In this document: positions 21,274 to 30,775 of the stretch, piece by piece
Layout: each line of letters opens with the position of its first letter
Numbering within the stretch: position 1 is the first letter of the stretch
Source of the DNA: a virus
IMG/VR virus record: IMGVR_UViG_3300044641_004147
Span: 29,347-93,346 of that record
Direction: 5' to 3' (one strand)
DNA length: 64,000 nucleotides
Notes under the pieces: model-generated
Told to the model about the DNA's origin: nothing
What the model saw: only the letters and a program-made list of their open reading frames with translations
Database searches by the model: none
Translations under genes and position numbers: made by a program

Positions 21274-24200
21274 ATGCCATTAGCAACTGGTGGAACTTTA
21301 ACAACCATTACAGTAGGATCAACTACCTACAATGTTCATACATTTACCAGCAGTGGAACCTTGACTTTTACTTCGGGCGGATCTATAGAATATCTTGTAG
21401 TTGCCGGTGGAGGCAGCGGAGGTGGCGATGCAGGCGCAGATGGTGGAGGCGGTGGAGGCGGATTTTTAAGTGGTACTGCGTCTGCTACAGTATCTCCTTA
21501 TACAATTACCGTTGGAGCCGGCGGCGCTGCTAATACATCTGGATCGGACTCAAGTTTTTCGCTGGCAGGCACTGCCATTGGTGGTGGCCGTGGCGGCAGA
21601 TTTATTGCTTGGAATGCAGGCGAAGCAGGACAAAATGGCGGATCCGGCGGTGGCGGTTCTGGAAACTATTTTGGTGGCCAAGCAGGCGGTACTGGAACAG
21701 CTGGCCAAGGTAACAACGGCGGCAGCGGCGCCGTGTTTAGTAATGGCAGCTACAAAGGTGGTGGCGGCGGAGGTGCCGGTAGCGTTGGTGGCGCTGCAGG
21801 TGCAACTTCGGCCGGAAACGGTGGCAGTGGTGCCGTCAGTTCAATAACTGGTGTTAATATAACTTACGCCGGCGGCGGTGGTGGCGGATCAATTCAAGAA
21901 TCTGGGGCCACCACCGGTGGCGATGCCGGTGCTGGCGGCGGCGGAGAAGGCCAAAGATCGGGTAGCAGATCTGCCACTTCTGGTCTGACAAACACAGGTG
22001 GTGGCGGTGGCGGTGGTGCCGGTGCCGGCGGCTCGGGTATCGTTATTGTTCGATATATACCAGATGCTGGATCGGGCGCTCCAGTACCAGTTTCATACCC
22101 TGTAGCCACAGGAGGAACTTCGACTACCCAAGAAGTAAATTCTATAGGAACAAAGCAAGTATACAATATACATGCTTTTACAACCAGCGGAAATTTAACG
22201 GTAACACAAGGCGGTACTTTTGAATATATGGTTGCAGCCGGGGGCGGTGGTGGTGGGTCTGACATGGGCGGCGGAGGTGGTGGCGGAGGCTTCTTAACCG
22301 GCAATATTACATTAAATCCTGGTACTTACACTGTTACTGTTGGCGCTGGAGGCACTGGAGCTACTGCCGGTACTGATCAGCCTAGAGCCATTTCTGGCGG
22401 TAGTTCGGCTATAACTCCATTTGGATTTAAAGGACACAGTTATAGTTTTGACGGTATCGGTGATGGTGTGAACTGTGGAACACAGAGCGCATACGCAATT
22501 GGATCAGGGGCCTTCTGCCTAGAGGGTTGGATATATAACCATGTAGTAAAAGACTATAGTACATTATGGACTACACGACCCGACAACGGTGCCTATGGTG
22601 ATGCGTATCATATCGGCTGGAGTGCTGTCGGCGGCATAAGTTTATATGTAGGCAGTGCAGCAGTAGTTGGCGGTGCGTCGGGTACAATTAGAGCTGGTCA
22701 GTGGCAACATATTGCAGCCTGTCGTAATTCTTCTGGCAATACTGCATTTTTTGTTGATGGCGTGCGTGTCGGTTATGTAGCCAGCTATACTAATAATTTT
22801 ACAAGATCATTATTGGGACTAGGGGATTTTCCAACTACCAAAGTTGAAAGCATCAACGGTTATATTTCAAATGCTCGTATTGTTGTTGGCAATGCAGTCT
22901 ATAACCCTACACAAACAACTTACACTGTACCAACTGCTCCGTTGACAGCAATTTCTGGCACTGTTATATTAACAGCACAGGACAATTCATTTATAGACAA
23001 TTCTCCTAATAATTTTACTTTGACTGCACAGGGAAATAGTCAGACCAGTCACTTTACACCTTTTACCGGTATGGCCATTGGCGCAGCCGGTGGTGGAGGT
23101 GGTGCGTCGGATCATACTAGTCCTGCTGCTACCAGTGCTGCTGCATCTGGTGGCTCCGGTGGTGGAGCCGCAGGAAATAATGCCAACAGAGGTATAGGAA
23201 TCACAGGACAAGGTAGTGCTGGCTCCAACAGTGCCGGATCTTGGTATCCTGGTGGTGGCGGTGGCGCTGGCGGAGCTGGCGCAACTAATCCTGCCAATGG
23301 TGGTGTTGGTCGAGAAAGTACTATTTTAGGAACTAGTTATTATTGGTCTGGCGGCGGCGCCGGGGCAGGATACACCGGAATTTCGGGCAATGGCGGCATT
23401 GGCGGTGGTGGCGGTGGTGCTCCTAAGAGTACTAATGGTGGTGGTAGTCCAGGCGCAGGTACTTACGCACAGGGTCAAGTTCCTTATATGCTGGTAGGAA
23501 ACCACGGAGCATACGGAACATTGAACGCACAAACTAATGTGCCCGGAGGCCCCGGAATTATCAACTCTGGTGGTGGCGGTGGTGGTGGTTCTCACATCGG
23601 CACTTCGAATCCTGGTGGCAATGGTGGTTCGGGCATGGTAGTAATAAAATATCTGGCCAGTGCTAATGCGTCGGGCAGTGGTGGAGCTGGTGGACCAAAT
23701 GCTGGTGGTGGCGGTGGTGCCGGCAACGACGGATATCTAGGACGAGTAGTACCTAGTGTAATAACAGTGTTTACCAGTTCGGGTAATTTAACAGTCACCG
23801 GTGCCGGCACCGTTGAATATCTTGTTGTTGGTGGTGGCGGAGGTGGCGGATCTGACATGGGTGGTGGTGGCGGAGGTGGCGGTTACCTAGCAGGATTTAC
23901 CACTCTTAGTTCTGGAACATATTTGGTTACAGTAGGAGCCGGAGGCGCAGGAGCGCCAGCTGGTATCAGTCAACCTCCGGGATCAAACGGTGGAGACAGT
24001 GCCATTCAAACTTATGCGTCTGGCATTGGAAACAACTACAGCTACTACTTTGATACCTATAACGACTTTATAAGTTTTCCTTCTAATGCAGCTTTTGATA
24101 TTGGCAGCAATGACGCTTGTAAAGAGCTATGGTTCTGGATGTACAAAGATGATGGTACATATCATACATTCTGCGGACAAAACTCTGGTACGGGCAGTAC

Positions 24201-26178
24201 AATACGACTTGCTTACAATAATGGTCAACTTTATTACAGTATTAATAACGATACAGGTAGAGGTATTACCTCAGTTGAAGCACAAACTTGGTATCATGTG
24301 GTACTGACCTATACCAGTGGCACAGCCAAATTCTTTGTAAACGGACAACTACGAGATGTTACCACAGGCTTAGGCAGTATTACTGCCAGAGCAGAAACAT
24401 ATGTTATTGGACAGGAAGATAGTATATGGATGGATGGTTACATCAGTAACTTTAGATTCTGTAATGGCAGTATACCTACTCTGTATCAAACTGCTAGTAC
24501 CACAATTGGCGCACAAATTTTTACGCCGCCAACTGCATCATTGACCACTACCAGTCAAGGAGCCACAGCGGCACATGTAAGATTACTAACTTGCCAAAGC
24601 TCTACAGTAGTTGATAATTCTACTAATAACTTTACGCCAACTAAAACTGGTGAGGTTATTTCTGTAAGATTTAATCCGTTTGAGAGATTGACCTCAGTGG
24701 GTGGCGGTGGTGGTGCCAGCGAATATAGTAACAACAACAGCCCGGGTCGCTCTGGTGGCAGTGGCGGTGGCACAGCCGGTGATAGTAGTACCACTTTTGG
24801 CCGAGGAATTCGGCCTAATTTACAAGGCTTACTGGGGCAAGGATTTGCTGGCGGTGCCAGTGGGGGCAGGTACTATCCTAGTGGTGGTGGCGGTGCCGGG
24901 GGCGCAGGTTCTAATAGTCCCGGCAACGGTGGCAACGGTGTACTAAATTCTATTTTGGGCGTAGGCTATTACTGGGCTGCTGGCGGCGGTGGTGCTGGTT
25001 ATAGCAGTAATCCTGGTAACGGCGGACTAGGTGGTGGCGGAGGCGGAGCTCCAAAACAAAGTAGTGCATTTGGTGTTGCCGGCACCGGTGGTTATCAACC
25101 GGGCACAGATGGTACAGTTGGTAGCTTAAATAGCCAAACTAACGTTCCTGGAGGCCGTGGGGGCACAAACACCGGATCTGGTGGCGGTGGTGGTGCTCAT
25201 TATAATAGTAATAATAATGGCGGAGCCGGTGGGTCTGGCATTGTAATTCTTAAATATCGTCCAGACCAAGTTACTTTGTCGGGCGGTAGTCTTAGTTTAA
25301 CTCTTACTACCTTGGATAATATCTATGGTGGAGGGTTCGGTGCCACTGGCAGCTCGTTGGCTGCTGGCAATAGAGGTAGCTTATTTGGCGGTGGTGGCGG
25401 TGGATCTGGCTCAGCCAAAGGTGGCGGTGGCGGTGGTATCAGCGTTATTGGTGTTCGTGATGGCTTGGCCTTAGGAGGCACTGCGGGCGGAACTGACGGC
25501 GGCAACGGACAAGCAGGTATTTTTGGAGAACCTGGTAGCAACGGTAACGGTGGATTATACGGCGGGGGTGGTGGTGGTACTACTTACAGCGTACTAGATC
25601 CTGCGGTAGGAAACGGTGCCCGTGGTGCATTGGCAATTTTCTGGCAAGGAAATATTTTACAGTATCCTACAGTAATACAGGCCAATAATGTGTCTGCTTT
25701 TGGTACGCCATGGGCATTGGCTCCTGGCGGAAATATTGCCCAGGGCTATTTACTTTCTAATGTAACCATTGAAAGTTTAGAAGCCGGAATAAGCGGAAAC
25801 ACCAGCACATTATTGGAACTAGAAGTGCGGTCCGAATCTAGGCCCACTGCCAACAGTAATTTGGGTATTCTCACTGATACTATAGCAAATGCTAATATTA
25901 GAGCTGTGCTCAGTGTGAATTCTGTAACTGCAACTACTCCAATTACCGCGGTAAATAACATTGCAGTCCAAGAACTTCAAATTATTACTTATAGAACCGA
26001 TGACGAAATGATGTTGGTCACTGTGCAAAATACTGGTGGTTACACCAATTCTGCACAGCGTATTGATCGTATCACAGAAGAAAACGATCCACGCAGAGTT
26101 AAGGCATATCTATTAAACTATATTGTTGGAGTTACTGGAGAAGACAACGATATTATCCAGACACAAATCTGGTTCTAA
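21274..26178 (+). CDS. Giant Gly-rich adhesin with two LamG domains
   Basis: Three complete FTxSG...YxVxxGGGxG...GGSGxVxxxY domains, two containing LamG inserts, plus a further Gly-rich half-domain. Confidence 0.8.
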   Translation: MPLATGGTLTTITVGSTTYNVHTFTSSGTLTFTSGGSIEYLVVAGGGSGGGDAGADGGGGGGGFLSGTASATVSPYTITVGAGGAANTSGSDSSFSLAGTAIGGGRGGRFIAWNAGEAGQNGGSGGGGSGNYFGGQAGGTGTAGQGNNGGSGAVFSNGSYKGGGGGGAGSVGGAAGATSAGNGGSGAVSSITGVNITYAGGGGGGSIQESGATTGGDAGAGGGGEGQRSGSRSATSGLTNTGGGGGGGAGAGGSGIVIVRYIPDAGSGAPVPVSYPVATGGTSTTQEVNSIGTKQVYNIHAFTTSGNLTVTQGGTFEYMVAAGGGGGGSDMGGGGGGGGFLTGNITLNPGTYTVTVGAGGTGATAGTDQPRAISGGSSAITPFGFKGHSYSFDGIGDGVNCGTQSAYAIGSGAFCLEGWIYNHVVKDYSTLWTTRPDNGAYGDAYHIGWSAVGGISLYVGSAAVVGGASGTIRAGQWQHIAACRNSSGNTAFFVDGVRVGYVASYTNNFTRSLLGLGDFPTTKVESINGYISNARIVVGNAVYNPTQTTYTVPTAPLTAISGTVILTAQDNSFIDNSPNNFTLTAQGNSQTSHFTPFTGMAIGAAGGGGGASDHTSPAATSAAASGGSGGGAAGNNANRGIGITGQGSAGSNSAGSWYPGGGGGAGGAGATNPANGGVGRESTILGTSYYWSGGGAGAGYTGISGNGGIGGGGGGAPKSTNGGGSPGAGTYAQGQVPYMLVGNHGAYGTLNAQTNVPGGPGIINSGGGGGGGSHIGTSNPGGNGGSGMVVIKYLASANASGSGGAGGPNAGGGGGAGNDGYLGRVVPSVITVFTSSGNLTVTGAGTVEYLVVGGGGGGGSDMGGGGGGGGYLAGFTTLSSGTYLVTVGAGGAGAPAGISQPPGSNGGDSAIQTYASGIGNNYSYYFDTYNDFISFPSNAAFDIGSNDACKELWFWMYKDDGTYHTFCGQNSGTGSTIRLAYNNGQLYYSINNDTGRGITSVEAQTWYHVVLTYTSGTAKFFVNGQLRDVTTGLGSITARAETYVIGQEDSIWMDGYISNFRFCNGSIPTLYQTASTTIGAQIFTPPTASLTTTSQGATAAHVRLLTCQSSTVVDNSTNNFTPTKTGEVISVRFNPFERLTSVGGGGGASEYSNNNSPGRSGGSGGGTAGDSSTTFGRGIRPNLQGLLGQGFAGGASGGRYYPSGGGGAGGAGSNSPGNGGNGVLNSILGVGYYWAAGGGGAGYSSNPGNGGLGGGGGGAPKQSSAFGVAGTGGYQPGTDGTVGSLNSQTNVPGGRGGTNTGSGGGGGAHYNSNNNGGAGGSGIVILKYRPDQVTLSGGSLSLTLTTLDNIYGGGFGATGSSLAAGNRGSLFGGGGGGSGSAKGGGGGGISVIGVRDGLALGGTAGGTDGGNGQAGIFGEPGSNGNGGLYGGGGGGTTYSVLDPAVGNGARGALAIFWQGNILQYPTVIQANNVSAFGTPWALAPGGNIAQGYLLSNVTIESLEAGISGNTSTLLELEVRSESRPTANSNLGILTDTIANANIRAVLSVNSVTATTPITAVNNIAVQELQIITYRTDDEMMLVTVQNTGGYTNSAQRIDRITEENDPRRVKAYLLNYIVGVTGEDNDIIQTQIWF

Positions 26179-26197
26179 CAAATTAAAGAGGAAAAAA

Positions 26198-26575
26198 ATG
26201 GCACATTTTGCTAAAGTAGAAAACGGTACAGTTACACAGGTTATTGTAGCAGAACAAGATTTTATCGATTCTGGTGCAGTAGGAGATCCTGCAAGTTGGT
26301 TACAAACTAGCTATAATACACGCGGCGGTGTACACTATGGTCAAAATGGTGAACCCGATGGCAGCGCAGGACTACGCAAAAATTATGCAGGAATTGGTTA
26401 CACTTACGATACCGGCAGAGATGCGTTTATTCCGCCTAAGCCCTTTGACAGTTGGGTACTCAACGAGAGCACTTGTCTTTGGGAAGCGCCGGTGGAAATG
26501 CCGCATGATGGTCAGCGTTATACCTGGGATGAACCCACAACCAGCTGGGTTTTATTACCCGAAATGAACCCTTAA
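26198..26575 (+). CDS. Conserved small phage protein (MAHFAK..., fibre-assembly/chaperone-like)
   Basis: The true start is ATG 26198 after an AGAGGA SD. Contains QTSYNT...RKNYAGIGYTYD...DAFIPPKPFDSW...WEAP motifs. Confidence 0.7.
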   Translation: MAHFAKVENGTVTQVIVAEQDFIDSGAVGDPASWLQTSYNTRGGVHYGQNGEPDGSAGLRKNYAGIGYTYDTGRDAFIPPKPFDSWVLNESTCLWEAPVEMPHDGQRYTWDEPTTSWVLLPEMNP

Positions 26576-26586
26576 TCGGTTCATTT
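26562..26586 (+). terminator. Stem-loop over the stop of 26198..26575
   Basis: AAATGAACC-cttaatc-GGTTCATTT, a 9-bp inverted repeat. Confidence 0.45.
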
Positions 26587-26601
26587 ACCGGGCATAGCAG
26601 C

Positions 26602-26670
26602 TAGACTGCGCTTGACCATAAATATGTTAACGAGGACAAATTATGGTCGTTGAGCGCAGTCTATTTCTTT
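26602..26670 (+). promoter_or_regulatory. Long hairpin/terminator containing late promoter TAAATA (26619-26624), SD GAGGA and an ATG
   Basis: TAGACTGCGCT-T-GACCATAA ... TTATGGTC-GTTG-AGCGCAGTCTA, followed by TTTCTTT. Confidence 0.75.
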
Positions 26671-26729
26671 GTGTGCAAAATCAAAGATCAGTCCTACATA
26701 CCCAAGATAATAATAAAAAGGTTGTGTAA
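26643..26729 (+). CDS. 28-aa leader ORF (MVVERSLFLCVQNQRSVLHTQDNNKKVV) coupled by TAATG to the next gene
   Basis: GAGGA lies 6 nt upstream of ATG 26643; the stop TAA at 26727-26729 overlaps ATG 26729. Confidence 0.45.
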   Translation: MVVERSLFLCVQNQRSVLHTQDNNKKVV

Positions 26730-29374
26730 TGGCAATTCTAAGAGTTGAACCCAATATAATTAACAGTAACGGAGCCTATACCATGGACTCTGTTACTGCC
26801 AACACTGTTGTGGTCAGTGGCACTATACTGCCCACAGTTAGCAATGTAATTAATATTGGTAGCCCTACACAGCGTTTTGGTACAATTTATCTAGCTGGAA
26901 ACACCATTGACTTAGGTGGTGCACAGATTAACAGCACTGAAGGCAACATTAGTTTTGCTACTACAGCAGGTAATATTGAACTTACTTCACTGCTTATTGA
27001 CTTTTTGTCCAATGTTGCAGTACAAGGTTCGCCGGGAGCACAGGGAAATATTGGCTATACAGGCTCTTCGGGCACCGCAGGAACCGCAGGTTTTACAGGT
27101 AGTCAGGGTATACCGGGTAACCCAGGCGGATATACAGGTAGTACAGGTTTCGTAGGCAGTCAAGGCGACCCTGGCGGATATACAGGTAGTCGTGGATTTA
27201 CTGGTAGTTCTGGATCCGATGGTGCCGCAGGATCACCGGGCACAGCAGGTTTTACAGGCAGTGCCGGCCCTGCCGGCGGGTATACCGGTAGTCGAGGCAA
27301 CACTGGATTCTCTGGTAGTATTGGCAATACTGGTAGTACAGGTTTTACAGGTAGTCAGGGCATCCCTGGTGCAGCCGCAGATAAAGGATACACAGGTAGC
27401 CAAGGCGATACAGGTACTCCAGGGGCCACGGGCGGTCTAGGATACACTGGTAGTCAGGGCATTCCCGGTGAAGCTGCCGCAGTAGGATATACAGGTAGTC
27501 TAGGTTTTGTAGGCAGTGCTGGCACCACAGGAGGACTGGGATTTACTGGTAGTCAGGGTATTGCTGGTGCAGCCGCAGATAAAGGATACACAGGTAGTCA
27601 AGGCGATCTAGGTTACACTGGTAGTGTAGGATCAATTGGCGTCACCGGATTCACAGGTAGTCGGGGAGCTTTTGATGCAGTAGGATTTACTGGTAGCCAG
27701 GGCACAACTGGGTTTGTCGGTAGTCAAGGCAATTTAGGATACAGTGGTAGTAAAGGCGACACCGGCTTAGGATTTACAATTGCTAAATCATATGTTAGCG
27801 TAGCCGCACTGACAGCAGATACAAGCCCAACAAGTATCGCAGCAGGACAATTTGCCATAATTGAAACTGGCAACGTTAACGATGCCGAAAACAGTAGATT
27901 ATATTTGTGGACTGGTAGCGCATACAATTATGTAAATGACTTATCTGGTGCAATCGGTCTAACAGGTCCGCAAGGATCTACTGGCTTTGTGGGTAGTCAA
28001 GGAACTACTGGATTTGTAGGAAGCCAAGGTGGCAGTGGTTACACAGGTAGCCTAGGAGTAGCTGGTGGCATAAATTATGCAGTTACTAATTCTGGAGCCA
28101 GCAGTTATACCATTGCTGGGTCTAGCAATCCTACACTGACACTGATCAAAGGGTTTACTTACTATTTTACAGTTTCAGCTAGTGGACATCCTTTCTGGAT
28201 TAAAACAGCACAGGCCACAGGCACAGGTAGTGCTTATACTAGCGGTGTAACCAACAACGGTGTTGAGTCTGGTACAGTGACATTTACGGTACCATTTGAT
28301 GCCCCGGCTACTCTTTACTATATTTGCCAACACCATGGCTCAATGGTTGGTACGCTGAATATAGTAGAATCTATGCAGGGGTATGTAGGTAGCCAAGGCG
28401 TTGGCTACACCGGATCAAAGGGCACTGGTGCAATAACAACAGCATCTTCTGCTCCTGCTACACCCAACACTGGTGATTTGTGGTACAACACAGTACGAGA
28501 TGTTCTACTGCGATATATGAATGTGGGCACTGGGTCGTTCTGGATTGATATGTCAGGACCGGTATACAATTTTGGCATCAGTGCTGTAACTTCAACAGCT
28601 ATCTATCTTTCTGCACAAGGACCAACGGTTGAATATTTAATGGTAGCCGGTGGCGGAGGCGGTGGTGGAGGCGTATCTGCTGCATACAATTCTGGATCGG
28701 GAGGAGCCGGCGGCCTGTTAACTAGTTCTGCGGTATTTACACCTGGTACAACATATACCATTACAGTGGGTGCTGGCGGAGCAGGTGGCGCTACTGTGGC
28801 CGGTACCACTGGATCAAATACAACATTAAGTGGTTTAAACATCACAGCGTACGGCGGTGGTGGAGGCGGTGGTTCGGGCAATGGACTCAATGGTGGTTCA
28901 GGTGGGGGTGGCGGCGGCCCAGCTGGAGCCACTACAGGTGGTAAAGGTGTTTACCCTGGATCAACCTATATTGATGGACCTCGACAAGGATACGATGGTG
29001 GCAACGGACCCGGTGGTTATGGTGGCGGTGGTGGCGGTGGTGCCGGCGGAGCAGGCAGCGGCGGAACTGCAGGAATTGGAGTGTCCAGTTCTATTAGCGG
29101 AACATCAGTTGGATATGCCGGAGGTGGTGGCAGTTCGGGCTATGGTGCTGGTACCGGCAATGGCGGAGCAGCAACAAGTAATTCTGGTAGCGGTGGAGCA
29201 GCAGGATGGGCATCTCCTCAGAATGCTGGAGGTGCTGGCGGATCTGGAATTGTAATATTACGATACCTTGACACATATTCCGCACCATCACTGACCACCG
29301 GAAGCCCAACGGTTACTGTTGCCGGCGGGTATAGAATATACAAATTTACCACTAGTGGTAGTATAACATTTTAA
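26729..29374 (+). CDS. Collagen-like fibre with cupredoxin-like and Gly-rich domains (paralogue of 2113..3996)
   Basis: GxTGSx repeats including GAAADKGYTGSQG; HPF...YYICQHHGSM motif; same C-terminal Gly-rich domain as 2113. Confidence 0.8.
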   Translation: MAILRVEPNIINSNGAYTMDSVTANTVVVSGTILPTVSNVINIGSPTQRFGTIYLAGNTIDLGGAQINSTEGNISFATTAGNIELTSLLIDFLSNVAVQGSPGAQGNIGYTGSSGTAGTAGFTGSQGIPGNPGGYTGSTGFVGSQGDPGGYTGSRGFTGSSGSDGAAGSPGTAGFTGSAGPAGGYTGSRGNTGFSGSIGNTGSTGFTGSQGIPGAAADKGYTGSQGDTGTPGATGGLGYTGSQGIPGEAAAVGYTGSLGFVGSAGTTGGLGFTGSQGIAGAAADKGYTGSQGDLGYTGSVGSIGVTGFTGSRGAFDAVGFTGSQGTTGFVGSQGNLGYSGSKGDTGLGFTIAKSYVSVAALTADTSPTSIAAGQFAIIETGNVNDAENSRLYLWTGSAYNYVNDLSGAIGLTGPQGSTGFVGSQGTTGFVGSQGGSGYTGSLGVAGGINYAVTNSGASSYTIAGSSNPTLTLIKGFTYYFTVSASGHPFWIKTAQATGTGSAYTSGVTNNGVESGTVTFTVPFDAPATLYYICQHHGSMVGTLNIVESMQGYVGSQGVGYTGSKGTGAITTASSAPATPNTGDLWYNTVRDVLLRYMNVGTGSFWIDMSGPVYNFGISAVTSTAIYLSAQGPTVEYLMVAGGGGGGGGVSAAYNSGSGGAGGLLTSSAVFTPGTTYTITVGAGGAGGATVAGTTGSNTTLSGLNITAYGGGGGGGSGNGLNGGSGGGGGGPAGATTGGKGVYPGSTYIDGPRQGYDGGNGPGGYGGGGGGGAGGAGSGGTAGIGVSSSISGTSVGYAGGGGSSGYGAGTGNGGAATSNSGSGGAAGWASPQNAGGAGGSGIVILRYLDTYSAPSLTTGSPTVTVAGGYRIYKFTTSGSITF

Positions 29375-29386
29375 ACGGAATTTATA

Positions 29387-30763
29387 ATGGCATTTCCAGG
29401 ATCACCGATTAATGGACAAATAACTGTAGTTAACAATATTAGCTACACTTACGAAGCGGCATCAAATGCTTGGTATAGAACTGGAGAAACTTCGGCTAAT
29501 CTAATAACCGTAGACACAGTTTCAATATCATCAAATGCCACTAGCACCAGCACTACCACAGGAGTATTAACGGTTGCCGGTGGCGCAGGTATTGCGGGTA
29601 ATGTATTTGCTGGTGCAGTGTATACTAACAGTTATTTTTATGCCAATGGCTCAGCATTTGCCGGAGGTACTGGTGGAGTTGGATTTACCGGATCTGCTGG
29701 TGCAGGTTTCACTGGCAGCGCAGGATTTGTTGGATCTGCTGGAACGGTAGGATTTACTGGTAGCACCGGAGTAGGATATACAGGAAGCGCAGGTGGTGGA
29801 TCATTTACCACTGGCAATACTGCACCAGGTTCTCCTGCAACTGGAGCATTCTGGTTTAATACCAATGATGATACTTTGTACCAGTATATGAATACTGGGT
29901 TAGCGTCTTATTGGATTGATATAACAGGATCAGAATATAATTTTGGTGTAAGTGCAGTTACTCAAGGAGCCATAGCTTCAACCGCTGCTTCAACACCGTC
30001 AATTGAATATTTGGTTGTGGCTGGCGGCGGTAGTGGAGCCAAAGGGCAGTCAAGTGTAGGAACTGGTGGTGGTGGTGCAGGTGGCCTGTTAACTGGTACC
30101 GTAGTTCCAGCTGTTGGAACTAGCTACACTATTACAATAGGTGCGGGTGGCGCAGAGCAACCTACAATGAATATGCCTGGTAATGCAGGCAGCAACTCTT
30201 CCATTGGTGCTTTAGTTTTAACTTATGGTGGCGGCCGTGGCGGATTCTGGAGCACTAACTTTGCTGGTGGCGGCGCTGGCAACGGCGGATCAGGTGGCGG
30301 CCGTGGAGGTAGTACCTCTTTTATAGGTTATGGAGTATACCCTGGATCTCCATACATAGATGCTCCTAGACAAGGTTACGATGGCGGCAATGGTACTGGA
30401 ACAGTAGGCGGTGGTGGAACCACTGGCGGAGGTGGTGGCGGTGCTGGAGGCGCAGGCACTGGTTCAACAGGCGGTATAGGGTTGAGTAGCAGTATATCAG
30501 GATCGGCTGTTACATATGCTGCTGGTGGAGCCGGCGGCGCTGGTACTGCTGGTGGATTGACAGGAGCAGCCAATACCGGAAACGGTGGCGCTGGCGGAAG
30601 TGGTGTTGATGCAGGCGCAGGTAAAGCCGGAGGATCTGGCGTGGTTATTATAAGATACCCTTCGCAGTATTCGACTGCAACAACAACCGGATCACCTTCC
30701 TATACTAATGTAAATAATTACAAAACATTCATATTTACAAGCTCCGGCACAATAACATTTTAA
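29387..30763 (+). CDS. Fibre protein with Gly-rich C-terminal domain
   Basis: MAFPGSPINGQ module, GxTGS repeats, APGSPATGAFW module and Gly-rich domain. Confidence 0.75.
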   Translation: MAFPGSPINGQITVVNNISYTYEAASNAWYRTGETSANLITVDTVSISSNATSTSTTTGVLTVAGGAGIAGNVFAGAVYTNSYFYANGSAFAGGTGGVGFTGSAGAGFTGSAGFVGSAGTVGFTGSTGVGYTGSAGGGSFTTGNTAPGSPATGAFWFNTNDDTLYQYMNTGLASYWIDITGSEYNFGVSAVTQGAIASTAASTPSIEYLVVAGGGSGAKGQSSVGTGGGGAGGLLTGTVVPAVGTSYTITIGAGGAEQPTMNMPGNAGSNSSIGALVLTYGGGRGGFWSTNFAGGGAGNGGSGGGRGGSTSFIGYGVYPGSPYIDAPRQGYDGGNGTGTVGGGGTTGGGGGGAGGAGTGSTGGIGLSSSISGSAVTYAAGGAGGAGTAGGLTGAANTGNGGAGGSGVDAGAGKAGGSGVVIIRYPSQYSTATTTGSPSYTNVNNYKTFIFTSSGTITF

Positions 30764-30775
30764 AGAGATATAACA

